Assembly (NCBI GenBank): GCA_000002435.2
Contig: CM018790.1
DNA from: Giardia intestinalis
Taxonomy: Eukaryota
DNA length: 64,000 bases
Reading direction: 5' to 3' (one strand)
The position numbers were made by a program, and so were the translations under genes. This document shows positions 1 to 10,371 of the stretch, piece by piece (within the stretch, counting starts at the first letter, position 1; the number at the start of each line of letters is the position of its first letter). Under the pieces are notes generated by a model. The model saw only the letters and a list, made by a program, of their open reading frames with translations. It did no database searches and was not told the origin of the DNA.

Positions 1-3000
1 ACTCTTTATCCAATACACTGTCTGAGCCACTTGATAACGTTAACATTAGGGAGCCTGCACCTAAACTAGGTCCTGAACTACACAACTCAGAACCAGAACC
101 AGATGCAAATGCAAATGCAGAATTAGAAGCAAGCAATCAACAGGCACATGCGACCAAGGTAGTGTATGATGCTCAAGGAGATGTTGTTGAGATTGAAGGG
201 CTGCCAGCAGATCTTTACCCAGAGCTCATTATAGACTCCTTGTTGCACAACGACGACGTTGCCTTCCCCCGCTTTTCTAGAGTCGATACTATTGAAGCCG
301 AGCGAGCAAATCTGCCCTCTTTTGGCATGCAGTATTCTTTTCTCGAGCTACTGGGGAAGACAGATGTCCTGTTGATCAAGGGCTCGACTGGCTCTGGAAA
401 ATCGACCCAGATACCTCAGTTTCTTCTAGAGGGTGGATACTCATCTCTTGCATATCCTTATATGATGGCTGGAGCTTCCTGTCTTAAGCCCCAAAGGGAC
501 GCGCGGTATGGCTATGGGGGAAAGATTGTTGTGACCCAGCCACGACGCATTGCAGCTATTGGTGTAAGCAGTCGCATTGCAGAGGAGCTTGGACAAGCTG
601 TTGGGGACACTGCAGGCTATGTTATCAAGCAAAACAGTCGTGTCGACAACGGCGGAAAAGACAGCACCAGAGTGGTATTTGTAACAGAGGGTGTTTTACT
701 CAAGATGATAGAGGCAGATTTTTTGGTGTCTGACACGTCTATCATCATACTGGACGAAGCCCATGAGCGCACCATTAACCTAGATCTGCTTATAGGATTA
801 TTAGGAAGGATATGTGCTGCCAGACGATCTCTCTTTAACAACTGGTTGGCGAAATATAAAGATTTAATTCTCAATCTAACTTCCCAGTACACTAACTTCT
901 GCTCTGAGCCTAACTCACAGAAATCTAGAAATGGAAGGGTGTTTGGGGACGTTGGAGGGGGAGATGCCCTGGCTGCACAGCGATATTATGAAAAGGATAG
1001 GGACGCAGAACAAGAAGAGCAGGATGAAGATGAAGATGAGGATGACGAAGGGGAGAATGAAGAAGACGAAGAAGATAGCGAAGATCCAGATACTAGTAAT
1101 GAATCTATATCATGTCGTGAGACAACTGACTTGTCAAAGCTTACATTCCAGCGCTCTCGGTCGTTCTTTCAAGCAGCATTCTCGGAAAAGGAGGACCTAT
1201 CGCTGCCTGAGTACTTTGACTCAAAAGAATATACCACCCTTTTGAAAGAGTTCGCTGTGCTGTGCCGTGATCCGCCTCCAGCAACGCCACTAAAACTTAT
1301 AATCATGTCTGCCACGCTCCATCAAAAGGAGCTTTTAGAAAACGATGCACTGTTTCATTGCAAACCGTTAGTATTCGAGATCCCTATGCGTACATATCCT
1401 GTTGCCATTCACTACGAAATTGCGACAGAGCCCAATTATGTGCAAGCTGCAATCGACAAGGCGATTACGATACACAAATACTATGATCCAGGGTCAATAC
1501 TCATATTCCTAAGTGGAAAGAGAGAAATAGAGAGGTGCATAGATGGCCTTAACAGTAACTTGCTCCATAAAGGCACGCACGTGGAGAAGAAACACAATGA
1601 TAAAGCGCTGCGTAAACACCTCCATGACAAGCGTGCGTACAGAGACACTTTTGATAATACCATATTCGACCCAGTACAAGATGTAAGTGATGACGACGGA
1701 GAAGAAGGATATGAGTCTAATCCTGTACTAAGAATGCTCCAGGACTACGCTAACGAGGTCAAGGGAGAAGCACGACGAAACGAGCTAGAGGCCGCAGACC
1801 GATCTGTAGAGCCTTCACAACCTCTAACGCAAAACAGCCCAGCGTTCACGACTAACGACGCCATCTTCAACACATATAACACCGTGCTAACTTCAAATAA
1901 GATATCCAGCACAGGTCAGCAACAGGATGAACAAGAGGTTGAGCAGTTGATAAAAGAGTTTAAGGAATGCGAGGCGCAAAGGCACACAGGAGTCGTCAAG
2001 GCTGCACCTCCAGAACCTATAATCTTGCCGCTCTATGGAACCCTTGATATTGTCGAACAGTCTCGAATATTCTCTAAAGAATACCAAGACAAGGCTAAGC
2101 ACCGTCTTATTATTGTGTCTACAAACGTGGCAGAAGCGTCAATCACTATCCCCAACATTCGATATGTAGTGGACGCTGGCAAGGCAAAGGAGAAACAAGA
2201 GTACAATGCAGTTACCGCCCTCACTGTGCAGTTCATTTCAAAGGCAAATGCGGACCAGCGTGCTGGACGAGCTGGGAGAACAGCGCCAGGTCACTGCTTC
2301 CGGCTGTATTCTCCTGGCTTGTTTCAACGAATGCACGACTTTCCTGTTCCAGAGATCCTGCGCTTGCCTATAACAGGGCTTATTCTTGCAATGCTGAAAC
2401 TAGGGGCGTCAGATGTTCGGTCCTTCCCGTTTGTGACCCACCCAGGACCTGACAGACTTGACAAGGCACTTGCAGAGCTCGTAGTGCTGGATGCTATTCG
2501 AGAAAGGTCGGGGACCACGACCCTTATCGATCTGTACACCGGATCCTTCATCTCTACGGATAAAGAGAGTGGCACTAACACAAAGACCACCAAAACAAAC
2601 TATGCTCTTTCAAAGTTGGGCAACTTAATGGCTGCAATTCCCCTTTGTCCGAGGATGAGCAAGCTAGTCGTCAAGTCAGTGTTGTACTTCCACAAACAGC
2701 CCACAGCCCACGGGTCCTCATTTCTCATATATGCCGTTCTTCTTGCTAGTGGCTACTACAGTCAGCTGTCCACGATTGCGCCCATTCGCTGGCCCGTCAC
2801 AAGCGGCAGTGGGGATGCCCTCTCAAAGCTATTCACCATCTGTGCTCTTCTTTGCTTCAAGGATAAGCACTCTGCGTCGCGCTTTTGTAAGGAGTACTGT
2901 CTGCGCTATGACGAAGCGCATCAGGTACTTACCACCGCCATACAGATCTTCAATATCATTAATATCCCCCCATTCGATGATCTTTTCAAACAAGTGTATG

Positions 3001-4148
3001 CGCAGGCTCCCAATAAGGAGGTGATAATGTCGACTATAAAGGTGACAACGCCGGCCACATTTACCCCGGAGCTTAGAATGGTCATCAATTGGCTTCTGAT
3101 GCAGTCCTTTCCAGACCAGCTTGCATTCAGAGAATCCACAGACAGCGGGAAATATATCTTTCAAGGTGTGTCGGCCCGTGAACTCCTGAAAACGCCTAGT
3201 GAATACAGGGACCTGCAAGCGGTCGACAAGATACAGGGGAGTAACCGGTTCAACTTGACAACCCAGCAGGTAGACTTGTTCTTACAGTATAAGCCTTACA
3301 CAAACACTGGGGCCCTTTCTCACACGTCAGACATCTATTGCTGTGCTGATTCCATCCAGTCACTGCCACCTTGTGTCTTGTACACATCGGCTAGAGTAGA
3401 ACTCTACGTCAATAAGACGCTAGAGATGTCTGCGACCAACATTGAAGAAATCAAGAAGGCCCTTCGTATCTCTGTCCACTTGGAGGGCGTTGTGGAGGTT
3501 AGCAAAGCACTCCTCTGCCAAACACAGGACTTTCTGATCAGTCCGTGCTTCACTATGATGGAGCAAACCAAGCAGCGCTACGACAGACAAAAAGACATGC
3601 TGGTTGGGGAGTCCATGCTGCATTATGTGGGACTACCGTTGGTGGATGGGAGTAGCGAAGAGCCAGCTTTCTCCATGGGGTCCGTTCTTGTCGGATCTTG
3701 TACAGAGCTCTATCCGGGACGAAAGTACATTGATGAGCAACTGGAGGCAAAGATGTCCCCATGCATCCTGAGTACACTACTAAGATCTATCTATCACAGG
3801 AGGTTCCTGGCTGCAATTCTGGCAGGAGATATACTACCAGATCTTAAGTGCATCAGCGAAAAGGTCTCTGTGGCAATGAGGGATCTTTCAAATCCCCGCT
3901 GTAGGAAGTCCTCTAGAGAACTGGATATTGCTCTCCTCAACATACAGGAGTGTGAAGCTTACTCCAGGACTGGAATCATAAAGTATTATGAGGCACGCTG
4001 CGCAGGCCTGGACCAAAAACAACAGGAAGAACTAATAGGAAATGACCGCCTAACGACGAGCATCTCCCGCTGCTACAGGGCTGACTATAGCAAGGCATTT
4101 GTAGCCATTTGGAAGAGAAATGTTCAATTTATATTAAATGAAACCTGA
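1..4148 (+). CDS. DEAH-box ATP-dependent RNA helicase (DHX family), 5'-partial
   Basis: All helicase motifs are present in order: GSTGSGKSTQIPQF (I), TQPRRIAAI (Ia), IILDEAHERT (II, DEAH), IMSATL (III), LIFLSG (IV), STNVAEASITIP (V), QRAGRAGR (VI). The ORF-track start at 162 is a GTG. The reading frame stays open back to base 1 with no in-frame ATG, so the true start lies upstream of the window. An acidic D/E-rich insertion sits at about 1000-1090. Confidence 0.85.
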   Translation, partial: SLSNTLSEPLDNVNIREPAPKLGPELHNSEPEPDANANAELEASNQQAHATKVVYDAQGDVVEIEGLPADLYPELIIDSLLHNDDVAFPRFSRVDTIEAERANLPSFGMQYSFLELLGKTDVLLIKGSTGSGKSTQIPQFLLEGGYSSLAYPYMMAGASCLKPQRDARYGYGGKIVVTQPRRIAAIGVSSRIAEELGQAVGDTAGYVIKQNSRVDNGGKDSTRVVFVTEGVLLKMIEADFLVSDTSIIILDEAHERTINLDLLIGLLGRICAARRSLFNNWLAKYKDLILNLTSQYTNFCSEPNSQKSRNGRVFGDVGGGDALAAQRYYEKDRDAEQEEQDEDEDEDDEGENEEDEEDSEDPDTSNESISCRETTDLSKLTFQRSRSFFQAAFSEKEDLSLPEYFDSKEYTTLLKEFAVLCRDPPPATPLKLIIMSATLHQKELLENDALFHCKPLVFEIPMRTYPVAIHYEIATEPNYVQAAIDKAITIHKYYDPGSILIFLSGKREIERCIDGLNSNLLHKGTHVEKKHNDKALRKHLHDKRAYRDTFDNTIFDPVQDVSDDDGEEGYESNPVLRMLQDYANEVKGEARRNELEAADRSVEPSQPLTQNSPAFTTNDAIFNTYNTVLTSNKISSTGQQQDEQEVEQLIKEFKECEAQRHTGVVKAAPPEPIILPLYGTLDIVEQSRIFSKEYQDKAKHRLIIVSTNVAEASITIPNIRYVVDAGKAKEKQEYNAVTALTVQFISKANADQRAGRAGRTAPGHCFRLYSPGLFQRMHDFPVPEILRLPITGLILAMLKLGASDVRSFPFVTHPGPDRLDKALAELVVLDAIRERSGTTTLIDLYTGSFISTDKESGTNTKTTKTNYALSKLGNLMAAIPLCPRMSKLVVKSVLYFHKQPTAHGSSFLIYAVLLASGYYSQLSTIAPIRWPVTSGSGDALSKLFTICALLCFKDKHSASRFCKEYCLRYDEAHQVLTTAIQIFNIINIPPFDDLFKQVYAQAPNKEVIMSTIKVTTPATFTPELRMVINWLLMQSFPDQLAFRESTDSGKYIFQGVSARELLKTPSEYRDLQAVDKIQGSNRFNLTTQQVDLFLQYKPYTNTGALSHTSDIYCCADSIQSLPPCVLYTSARVELYVNKTLEMSATNIEEIKKALRISVHLEGVVEVSKALLCQTQDFLISPCFTMMEQTKQRYDRQKDMLVGESMLHYVGLPLVDGSSEEPAFSMGSVLVGSCTELYPGRKYIDEQLEAKMSPCILSTLLRSIYHRRFLAAILAGDILPDLKCISEKVSVAMRDLSNPRCRKSSRELDIALLNIQECEAYSRTGIIKYYEARCAGLDQKQQEELIGNDRLTTSISRCYRADYSKAFVAIWKRNVQFILNET

Positions 4149-4464
4149 GCGAATTAAATGTTACCGCAGGCACAGGGGAACACGAATGAGATAAGCCTCA
4201 GAGCTCCAGAAGGCGGCCGTAACATGGTCCTAGCTAAGCCTGACTTCAGTAATGCGCCGCAGACTGACGTGAAAAACCGTATAAGGTGTTTCCTAGATCG
4301 TGCTCGTGCTCTTCCAGAGTGTGCACCCAACGCTTCGGAGCCTATTGTGTTGGACAGTAACAGTGATTATTCGGGCGGTGAGCATGATGGGTCCCTTGGA
4401 GTGATCATGGATGTAATAGAAATAGGTCCCGCAGAATCACGGGAGAGGATTGAAGGCGGAGAAG

Positions 4465-7400
4465 CTACATGAGCCCAAAGCCTTCGCAGCACTCGATGGC
4501 GCAGAGAAGCCTGTTCATGAGTGTTTCCTTTGAGCTGTAAGAAGGCAGACAAAGTATGTTAAAACAGGTATGGGCACCAGGCAATCGAGAGTCATCATCT
4601 CCATTTGGAATTATTTTAAGTCCTATGTTCTGCACGCCGCCAGCTGGCACCCTGTCGGAGCCGGTGATGAAGCGAAGGAGCCGCCGCTGCTGCTCTTGAG
4701 TCAGCTCTGCAACAATCCTCCAGAAGTTCTTTATATTAGGATGAGAGCTAGAATATGGGTTCTCGTAAGCTGTGAACGGCTCTAGAAGAGAGAAGTTCAG
4801 GTCTACTTCTCCGGTCAATGCCAGGTCCAGGTCAGACGCTGTGAACATGGCTAACGAGCGTGCCTTAGCCATACTAAGGAAGCCCGATCGGATGAATTCA
4901 AATATCTTTTTATTATATATCGTTGCAATTTGTTTGAGACGAATAAATAATGGTAAGGTTCGCAGATTGACCGGCAAAAGCTCTATATCATAAGGGGCTG
5001 TCAAGATATGGTGTCTATCTTTGACCAGCTCCTTAAGCTGCCACAGGATAGAGTTGGGAGGAAAACTATTAGAACAGAGAAAATCGCCGAAGTGTGAGAT
5101 TGTACGAACGCTGACAGTCCGGTTCATGGATACCAGTTCTTCGCTGACGATTTCTGTTAAGATGGCTCCGAGACCGACAAAAGTGAGAATAGGGTCACTA
5201 GACTCTTGTAAATTGACAGTCAACTGTGAGTCTTCGTTGTGAGCGTGTTTCCAGAGATTAGTGAGCGAGAAATACAGCTCCTCATCAACATCGTGCAAAT
5301 CCTCTCGTGTAATTACTGTGTAAGAGTGCCCTAGTAAAAGCTTGAAGAAGATAGGAGGAAATATTGAGGAAACGGTAGCGCCACTCACAAGCGAGATCCC
5401 CAACATGGCCCCAAGCTGGCAAAAGAGATTACGTAGATCATAGAGATAGCGTTCCTGAGTTGGTGACAGTGCATACTTCTCCGTAGTAAGAAAGTATGGG
5501 TCGTGGTTGGTACAATCTCTGATGCGCTGCCAATTAATATAATAGTATTGTGTCTCTGAATTAAACGTGAAATAGCCCTTGTGGTCAGTAATGAATGCTG
5601 GGAGCAAGTCATTGAATAGCTCTCGAGACGGGCCGCCAAAGTCTACGGCCGCCTCTCCCGAGAACTGAACTCTGATGGGTCTTCTAAGCAGAAGCCGGTG
5701 GACCGGGGAGAGCCACTCGTAAGATAGTTCTTCAGCTGCAAAGGACATGAAATACGCCAGGAAGTCTCCTGCAAGGGTCTTCCTCTCAGCGTTGATGCAG
5801 AGGAACGGGGATTGCCTCGAGCAGCGAATCATATACCCCAGTTCATACAACAAGATATTCAGCTTCGTCTGAGGATTCAGTAGAAACGGATATGAGCAGA
5901 AGGTGAAGAGTTTGGAAATAGCATGCTTATTTGTTTCCACTTCGCCGACTTTACCTACTATATTTTGATCAGCGTGTCTCGGTATGGCCAAGTGCAGCAT
6001 GTCTAGCATTCTTTCGTGGTTAGAATTGTAGATAGATGCAACAGTATCCGTAGTTGCGGTATTGCGAGGTACACTGATAATCGATCCTTCCACCAGACGA
6101 AAGGAACTTGTTTTGCGCTGAACAGGAGCGCTCGGCTTACGTAGCTTGTAGTAGCATCTAGGGCCTAAATATTGCTGCAGACGGGAAATCTCATATCCCA
6201 ACAGCTGGTCTAGAAGAGCTTCATCTAGGTCGAGGCTCGCAGTGACTATGTCCTCGTTGACATCCTGCAACGCTGTTCTTAACTCTTGAGGTATCAAGCT
6301 TTCTAATTGCAAATAAGCTTTGCTGGCCCTCAAAAAGTAGTTGTCTGGGTCGAACAATATTGCAAGGCATTGAGCATCGATTCTCCAATCGTAGGACGGT
6401 GATGATAGGAACTTATTGTGGAAGAGATCATTTGGAATAATTGGAACCATGTCCAGGCGCTGCACATCATCAGTAGCTCCTGCTAAGAATATTGTTTGCT
6501 GCAAGTTAGGTGGTAGAAGAAAAGATAGTGCGTCTGCTATAGATCTGAGATTACCATCGTTTAGGCACTGATGCTGTTGAGATATCCGTTCATAGATTTG
6601 TGGAGAGAGTTGGTTGTAGTTCAAGAGGCTCTTCAGTTGATTAGCTATTTCAGAATTAGCCAGTTGTGGAGTGGAATAACTGATTTCGAACAGCACCTGC
6701 GGTGCGATAAATGGAAACGTATAGCTTGTGAAGTTGTTGGACACGTAGAGTAACCTAGAAAGCTCACAAAGAGAACTCAGTGTGTGGTTAAAGTCCAGGA
6801 TGTCCACGAGAGTAAGCCTGTTGACATCATACGTATACTTTGACTGAGAATTCTCAGACCAAAATATCGGATCGTTAATCGGATAAACGATGCAGTGCTC
6901 CGCTCCAATTATTCTAGTGAACTGCCTAGGCTGGTCAAAACTATACACGTGGGCATTCCTGATAGGAGCACTGGGCTTTTGTTGAAGAATTCTTTCTAAG
7001 GTATTATTAATTGCAGCATTAGATAGGCGAACTAATGTGGTCAGTATGTGTACTGAAGTGTCTAGAGGAAGCGTGTTAAGAAAGGCACGCATCTTAATGC
7101 AAAGACGTAGACGTATGCCTGTATTTTCTTGCAGCGCTAAAAGGACGCTAGCTATTGAGTCTAAAAGGTGTGAACTAAGATTGAAGTAGCGTTCTGTCGA
7201 GAAGAGAAGCAGAAGAAGCATAAAAACATGCGCATCGGAACAGAAAAGAGACGGCTTGACGGCAATTGTTGCGAGAGCAGATTTGAAAAGGTCACCAAGC
7301 TTATTCATGAAGGCCAGTATGGGGAGCGGATCCTCACACTTATCATACTGCAAAAGAATTATCTCTTGAAAGAGTGTATAATTAAGATAGGCGTCGTGGA

Positions 7401-7941
7401 ACGTGGCGCAATTGTCCAGCAAAAAGTGCACGACTCCATCAGGACTGCCGCATCCGTGACACAGAGAAGTAACCAGATTAGCTAGCGCATCAAGGCTAAA
7501 AAACCTTCCCAGCACTTGCTTGTTATATGTCAAGAGCTTAGGCATATATTGCTCTAGAAATGCCCTATTAGAAGAGGACGGGTCCTGGAAGTTAACATGC
7601 CAAATAAGATGATTGAGCGGCCTGGCTGAATAGACGGTTGCAGAGAAGATGTCTGGATCGTCAAGATTGCGGACAACATGCATGACTCCTCTTTGCCACA
7701 TAAGCAGAATATGGCGGATAGACGGCTTGCATATGATGGAAGAACCGTGCGACCCAAGAAGCTCCTTCGCCAGATGCACTGTATCTTGAGGTGTCCACCC
7801 TTCTCCTCTGTGTCCACCATAGCTAAATCCAGAGGATGAAGCGCAATAGGAGTTGCTGCACTCTGCACTGCCACAGCCCTTCAGCAGCTGGACAGACAGG
7901 ATCGCCACCTCCATCGACGTAGGGGTGTGCTTGGCTTTCAT
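4465..7941 (-). CDS. HECT-domain E3 ubiquitin-protein ligase
   Basis: The C-terminal ~350 aa carry HECT signatures: ...GEAAVDFGGPSRELFNDL..., ...LPGAHTCFNILCLPSYSSKETLMNRLLCAIECCEGFG (catalytic Cys in TCFN). The start is a genuine ATG (cat at 7939-7941). The N-terminal 800 aa are unrecognisable. Confidence 0.8.
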   Translation of the reverse strand: MKAKHTPTSMEVAILSVQLLKGCGSAECSNSYCASSSGFSYGGHRGEGWTPQDTVHLAKELLGSHGSSIICKPSIRHILLMWQRGVMHVVRNLDDPDIFSATVYSARPLNHLIWHVNFQDPSSSNRAFLEQYMPKLLTYNKQVLGRFFSLDALANLVTSLCHGCGSPDGVVHFLLDNCATFHDAYLNYTLFQEIILLQYDKCEDPLPILAFMNKLGDLFKSALATIAVKPSLFCSDAHVFMLLLLLFSTERYFNLSSHLLDSIASVLLALQENTGIRLRLCIKMRAFLNTLPLDTSVHILTTLVRLSNAAINNTLERILQQKPSAPIRNAHVYSFDQPRQFTRIIGAEHCIVYPINDPIFWSENSQSKYTYDVNRLTLVDILDFNHTLSSLCELSRLLYVSNNFTSYTFPFIAPQVLFEISYSTPQLANSEIANQLKSLLNYNQLSPQIYERISQQHQCLNDGNLRSIADALSFLLPPNLQQTIFLAGATDDVQRLDMVPIIPNDLFHNKFLSSPSYDWRIDAQCLAILFDPDNYFLRASKAYLQLESLIPQELRTALQDVNEDIVTASLDLDEALLDQLLGYEISRLQQYLGPRCYYKLRKPSAPVQRKTSSFRLVEGSIISVPRNTATTDTVASIYNSNHERMLDMLHLAIPRHADQNIVGKVGEVETNKHAISKLFTFCSYPFLLNPQTKLNILLYELGYMIRCSRQSPFLCINAERKTLAGDFLAYFMSFAAEELSYEWLSPVHRLLLRRPIRVQFSGEAAVDFGGPSRELFNDLLPAFITDHKGYFTFNSETQYYYINWQRIRDCTNHDPYFLTTEKYALSPTQERYLYDLRNLFCQLGAMLGISLVSGATVSSIFPPIFFKLLLGHSYTVITREDLHDVDEELYFSLTNLWKHAHNEDSQLTVNLQESSDPILTFVGLGAILTEIVSEELVSMNRTVSVRTISHFGDFLCSNSFPPNSILWQLKELVKDRHHILTAPYDIELLPVNLRTLPLFIRLKQIATIYNKKIFEFIRSGFLSMAKARSLAMFTASDLDLALTGEVDLNFSLLEPFTAYENPYSSSHPNIKNFWRIVAELTQEQQRRLLRFITGSDRVPAGGVQNIGLKIIPNGDDDSRLPGAHTCFNILCLPSYSSKETLMNRLLCAIECCEGFGLM

Positions 7942-8033
7942 GCGCAGATTATTTTTTGAAATTGCTCGTGATCTATTACATAGTTACTGCGGATTGCTCG
8001 GGAGTACAAAAGATTTAAACTGCCAGAAAGTGT

Positions 8034-10298
8034 TTACGTTACATCATGTTCCTTCTGCTCAAGAAATCCATCAAGTAGAATGAGCATAGGTTTGAACACG
8101 TACTCAGACTCTTTCTTTAGAGACGCTAGCTCATTATTCTGAAGAGGCTTGGCTGAGTACAGTGCATCTAGAAAGACAGCCATCAAAACCAAAAGAGGCA
8201 CAAGCGCCCAGATACACACCATGGTTAGAGTGTTAGTTGCTAGCCGCTGCAAGCCCAGCACTCCTATCTCATATAAAAGGACACAGATTGCCATCTCCAA
8301 AGCGCTGCCATCAAACCGTCCACCCTCAAAGATCCTGTGCCGTTCTAGATGGTGTACGTGACAGCGTGCATACAGAAAATCGGCACCAAAGAGCTGTGCG
8401 GCAGAGGCCATCATAAAGCAGAGCAGAATGGCCAGCGTGATCATAAGAATGCGAAGAAGAGTAAGAAACGCGTTTTTGCGCTTAATCCGCCGCACTGCCC
8501 GGATATTATATTCCAGCCGCCTTAGAATGCTAACGATCACTGCGTGGCAATCCCTGAGAATACGTTCGTTGTCAACAAAAATGGATTGCTCAAGGGACCA
8601 ACAGAGCTCATCGGTAGATGCTAAGAGCTCACCGATTCGGCTGGTAGAGGCACAACTTTGGTGTAAGCCGTTTCCAAGACCAACCTCTGAGCTTGCTGGG
8701 CCCTGAGAAATGATAGAGTGAGCATCATAAGTATTTGGGTTTACGACCCGGAGCATGGTGCCGCATTGGCTAATGAGCTTTCCGGCCATTGCGTTAACGA
8801 TTGCTTGTGAAGCAGCAAGGGTCTTAACTACATTTGACTGCTGCAGCGAATCAGCTAGTGTATAGTTCTGCTGCTGAGAGGGTGCCACTGACGAAGAAAG
8901 GAACTTATCCTGCTTGTCTGCAGATAAGGTCAAAGTAGAGATGCCCAAATGTGTTGGCTCCTGCGAGAGCTGTGGCAGTGCACCTGTTTCTACTTCGCTA
9001 GCTCCATACTGTTGCGGTCTGTTGCTTAGAGTAGCACTCAATTTAGTGACTTCAAGAACTATGTTTGACGTGTCGACAAGCGCTCTTGTTTGCTCATTAA
9101 GACATCTTATAGTATCGCATATATCTTGTTTTAGCCTCGTCGTTTTAGCCTGCTGGTTTGCCATTTTTGCATTGCCATAATGGGGGATACAGACTAGATT
9201 CATTTTGAAACGTCTGTATGGGGAGAGCAATATGAGTGACGAGGCGTACTCCTGAATGGCGTCAATACACGATTGTTTATCTGTAAGACGATCACACTTA
9301 GTAATTAGAATAGTTGTTTTTCCAAAAAGCTCATTTGATGAACTGATGTAGTGTAGTAGCCTTCCATTTTCCACAGAAAAGCCTTCGGTTTTTGTATCTA
9401 TACCACAGCTTGTTGTAAAAAGGATCTTATCAACTTGATGAAAGAGCGCCTTGATTGTGTTTTCAAACACTCGAGTTTCTGCCTTAGAAAAAAGCGAGCT
9501 CGGCTTGGCTTGTTTGCCTCGCTTGGACAGGTTGCTCAGAGAGCTGAGAATTCCTTTTGAAGTCGACGACTCTATCACGTAGCGGTAGAAAAATGGTACT
9601 TCGATGAAAATAAAGGGACACGTAGGCCCCATTAACTGGTCAGATGCTCCATGAAGTATGTTGTTACTCTGTGGTAAATGTGAGACAGACTTTTCTAACT
9701 TATCTATCGAATTATAGAGGGTAGCAGAATTAGACGAGACATCTTTATATCTAGAAGCCGAAGTAGATGAAGAATCACGTCCCCTTGGCAGCTGCTTAGT
9801 GCCCTCAGCAGTCGACTTAGTAGAGTAGTACATGGATTTCCCGGTGGGGGAGAGGTTCGCGTTGTGAAACCCACTTTGTAATTGGCTCTGGTCTGTTGAA
9901 AGCACCGATCCAGGAGTCTGCTTACTATATGAATTAAAAGCGCTGCAACGAATATGCGAGCCTGGGAATCCGTTTTCACGAAAGCAAGCATGGATGGATG
10001 GCAGTGTGTCTGCAAGACTGTCTGTAAAATAGGCAACATCGTTGACGCAAGGCACGTATATATTGATGCACATTCCCTCTGAGCGAAGCCTTGATCCGGT
10101 GATGTGACTTATAAGCGACGATTTTCCGCTGTAGTCCTCGCCAAGAACCAAAATCACTGGTCGTGGATTGGGAGCCTTAAAGGGGGTTGTAATGCGAAGT
10201 CTTTGACCAGCTGAGATTATGTGATGTACATATAGGTCTGAGATGGCTGCTCGTGTTTGCAAAGCCACATCTAAGCCTTGATCTGTATTAGAGATCAT
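8034..10298 (-). CDS. Dynamin-superfamily P-loop GTPase with C-terminal transmembrane segments (EHD/Sey1/mitofusin-like topology)
   Basis: G1 motif VILVLGEDYSGKSSLISHITG resembles the dynamin/EHD pattern G..S.GKSS. G4-like motif ILITKCDRL matches TKxD. A ~120-aa Ser-rich low-complexity insertion lies between them. Two long hydrophobic segments sit near the C-terminus (LTLLRILMITLAILLCFMMASAA... and ...VLGLQRLATNTLTMVCIWALVPLLVLMAVFL). Start is an ATG at 10296-10298. Confidence 0.5.
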   Translation of the reverse strand: MISNTDQGLDVALQTRAAISDLYVHHIISAGQRLRITTPFKAPNPRPVILVLGEDYSGKSSLISHITGSRLRSEGMCINIYVPCVNDVAYFTDSLADTLPSIHACFRENGFPGSHIRCSAFNSYSKQTPGSVLSTDQSQLQSGFHNANLSPTGKSMYYSTKSTAEGTKQLPRGRDSSSTSASRYKDVSSNSATLYNSIDKLEKSVSHLPQSNNILHGASDQLMGPTCPFIFIEVPFFYRYVIESSTSKGILSSLSNLSKRGKQAKPSSLFSKAETRVFENTIKALFHQVDKILFTTSCGIDTKTEGFSVENGRLLHYISSSNELFGKTTILITKCDRLTDKQSCIDAIQEYASSLILLSPYRRFKMNLVCIPHYGNAKMANQQAKTTRLKQDICDTIRCLNEQTRALVDTSNIVLEVTKLSATLSNRPQQYGASEVETGALPQLSQEPTHLGISTLTLSADKQDKFLSSSVAPSQQQNYTLADSLQQSNVVKTLAASQAIVNAMAGKLISQCGTMLRVVNPNTYDAHSIISQGPASSEVGLGNGLHQSCASTSRIGELLASTDELCWSLEQSIFVDNERILRDCHAVIVSILRRLEYNIRAVRRIKRKNAFLTLLRILMITLAILLCFMMASAAQLFGADFLYARCHVHHLERHRIFEGGRFDGSALEMAICVLLYEIGVLGLQRLATNTLTMVCIWALVPLLVLMAVFLDALYSAKPLQNNELASLKKESEYVFKPMLILLDGFLEQKEHDVT

Positions 10299-10371
10299 CT
10301 AGCTTTTATTTCTCATTCACTGGTTAATTTCGAGCTAAGTTCCACCCGTGCAGCGGACCAGCCCTTCCCGC

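Noticed and set aside
2829-3218. 129-aa and other 60-100-aa ORFs antisense to the helicase, HECT, HCMP and other long genes
   Set aside because: Each is fully embedded in a longer, motif-supported ORF on the opposite strand and shows no domain signal. These are expected by chance at 50% GC.
4158-4472. 104-aa ORF in the 316-bp gap between the convergent helicase and HECT genes
   Set aside because: No motif, biased composition, and it lies where the two genes' 3' UTRs should be. I cannot support it as a gene.
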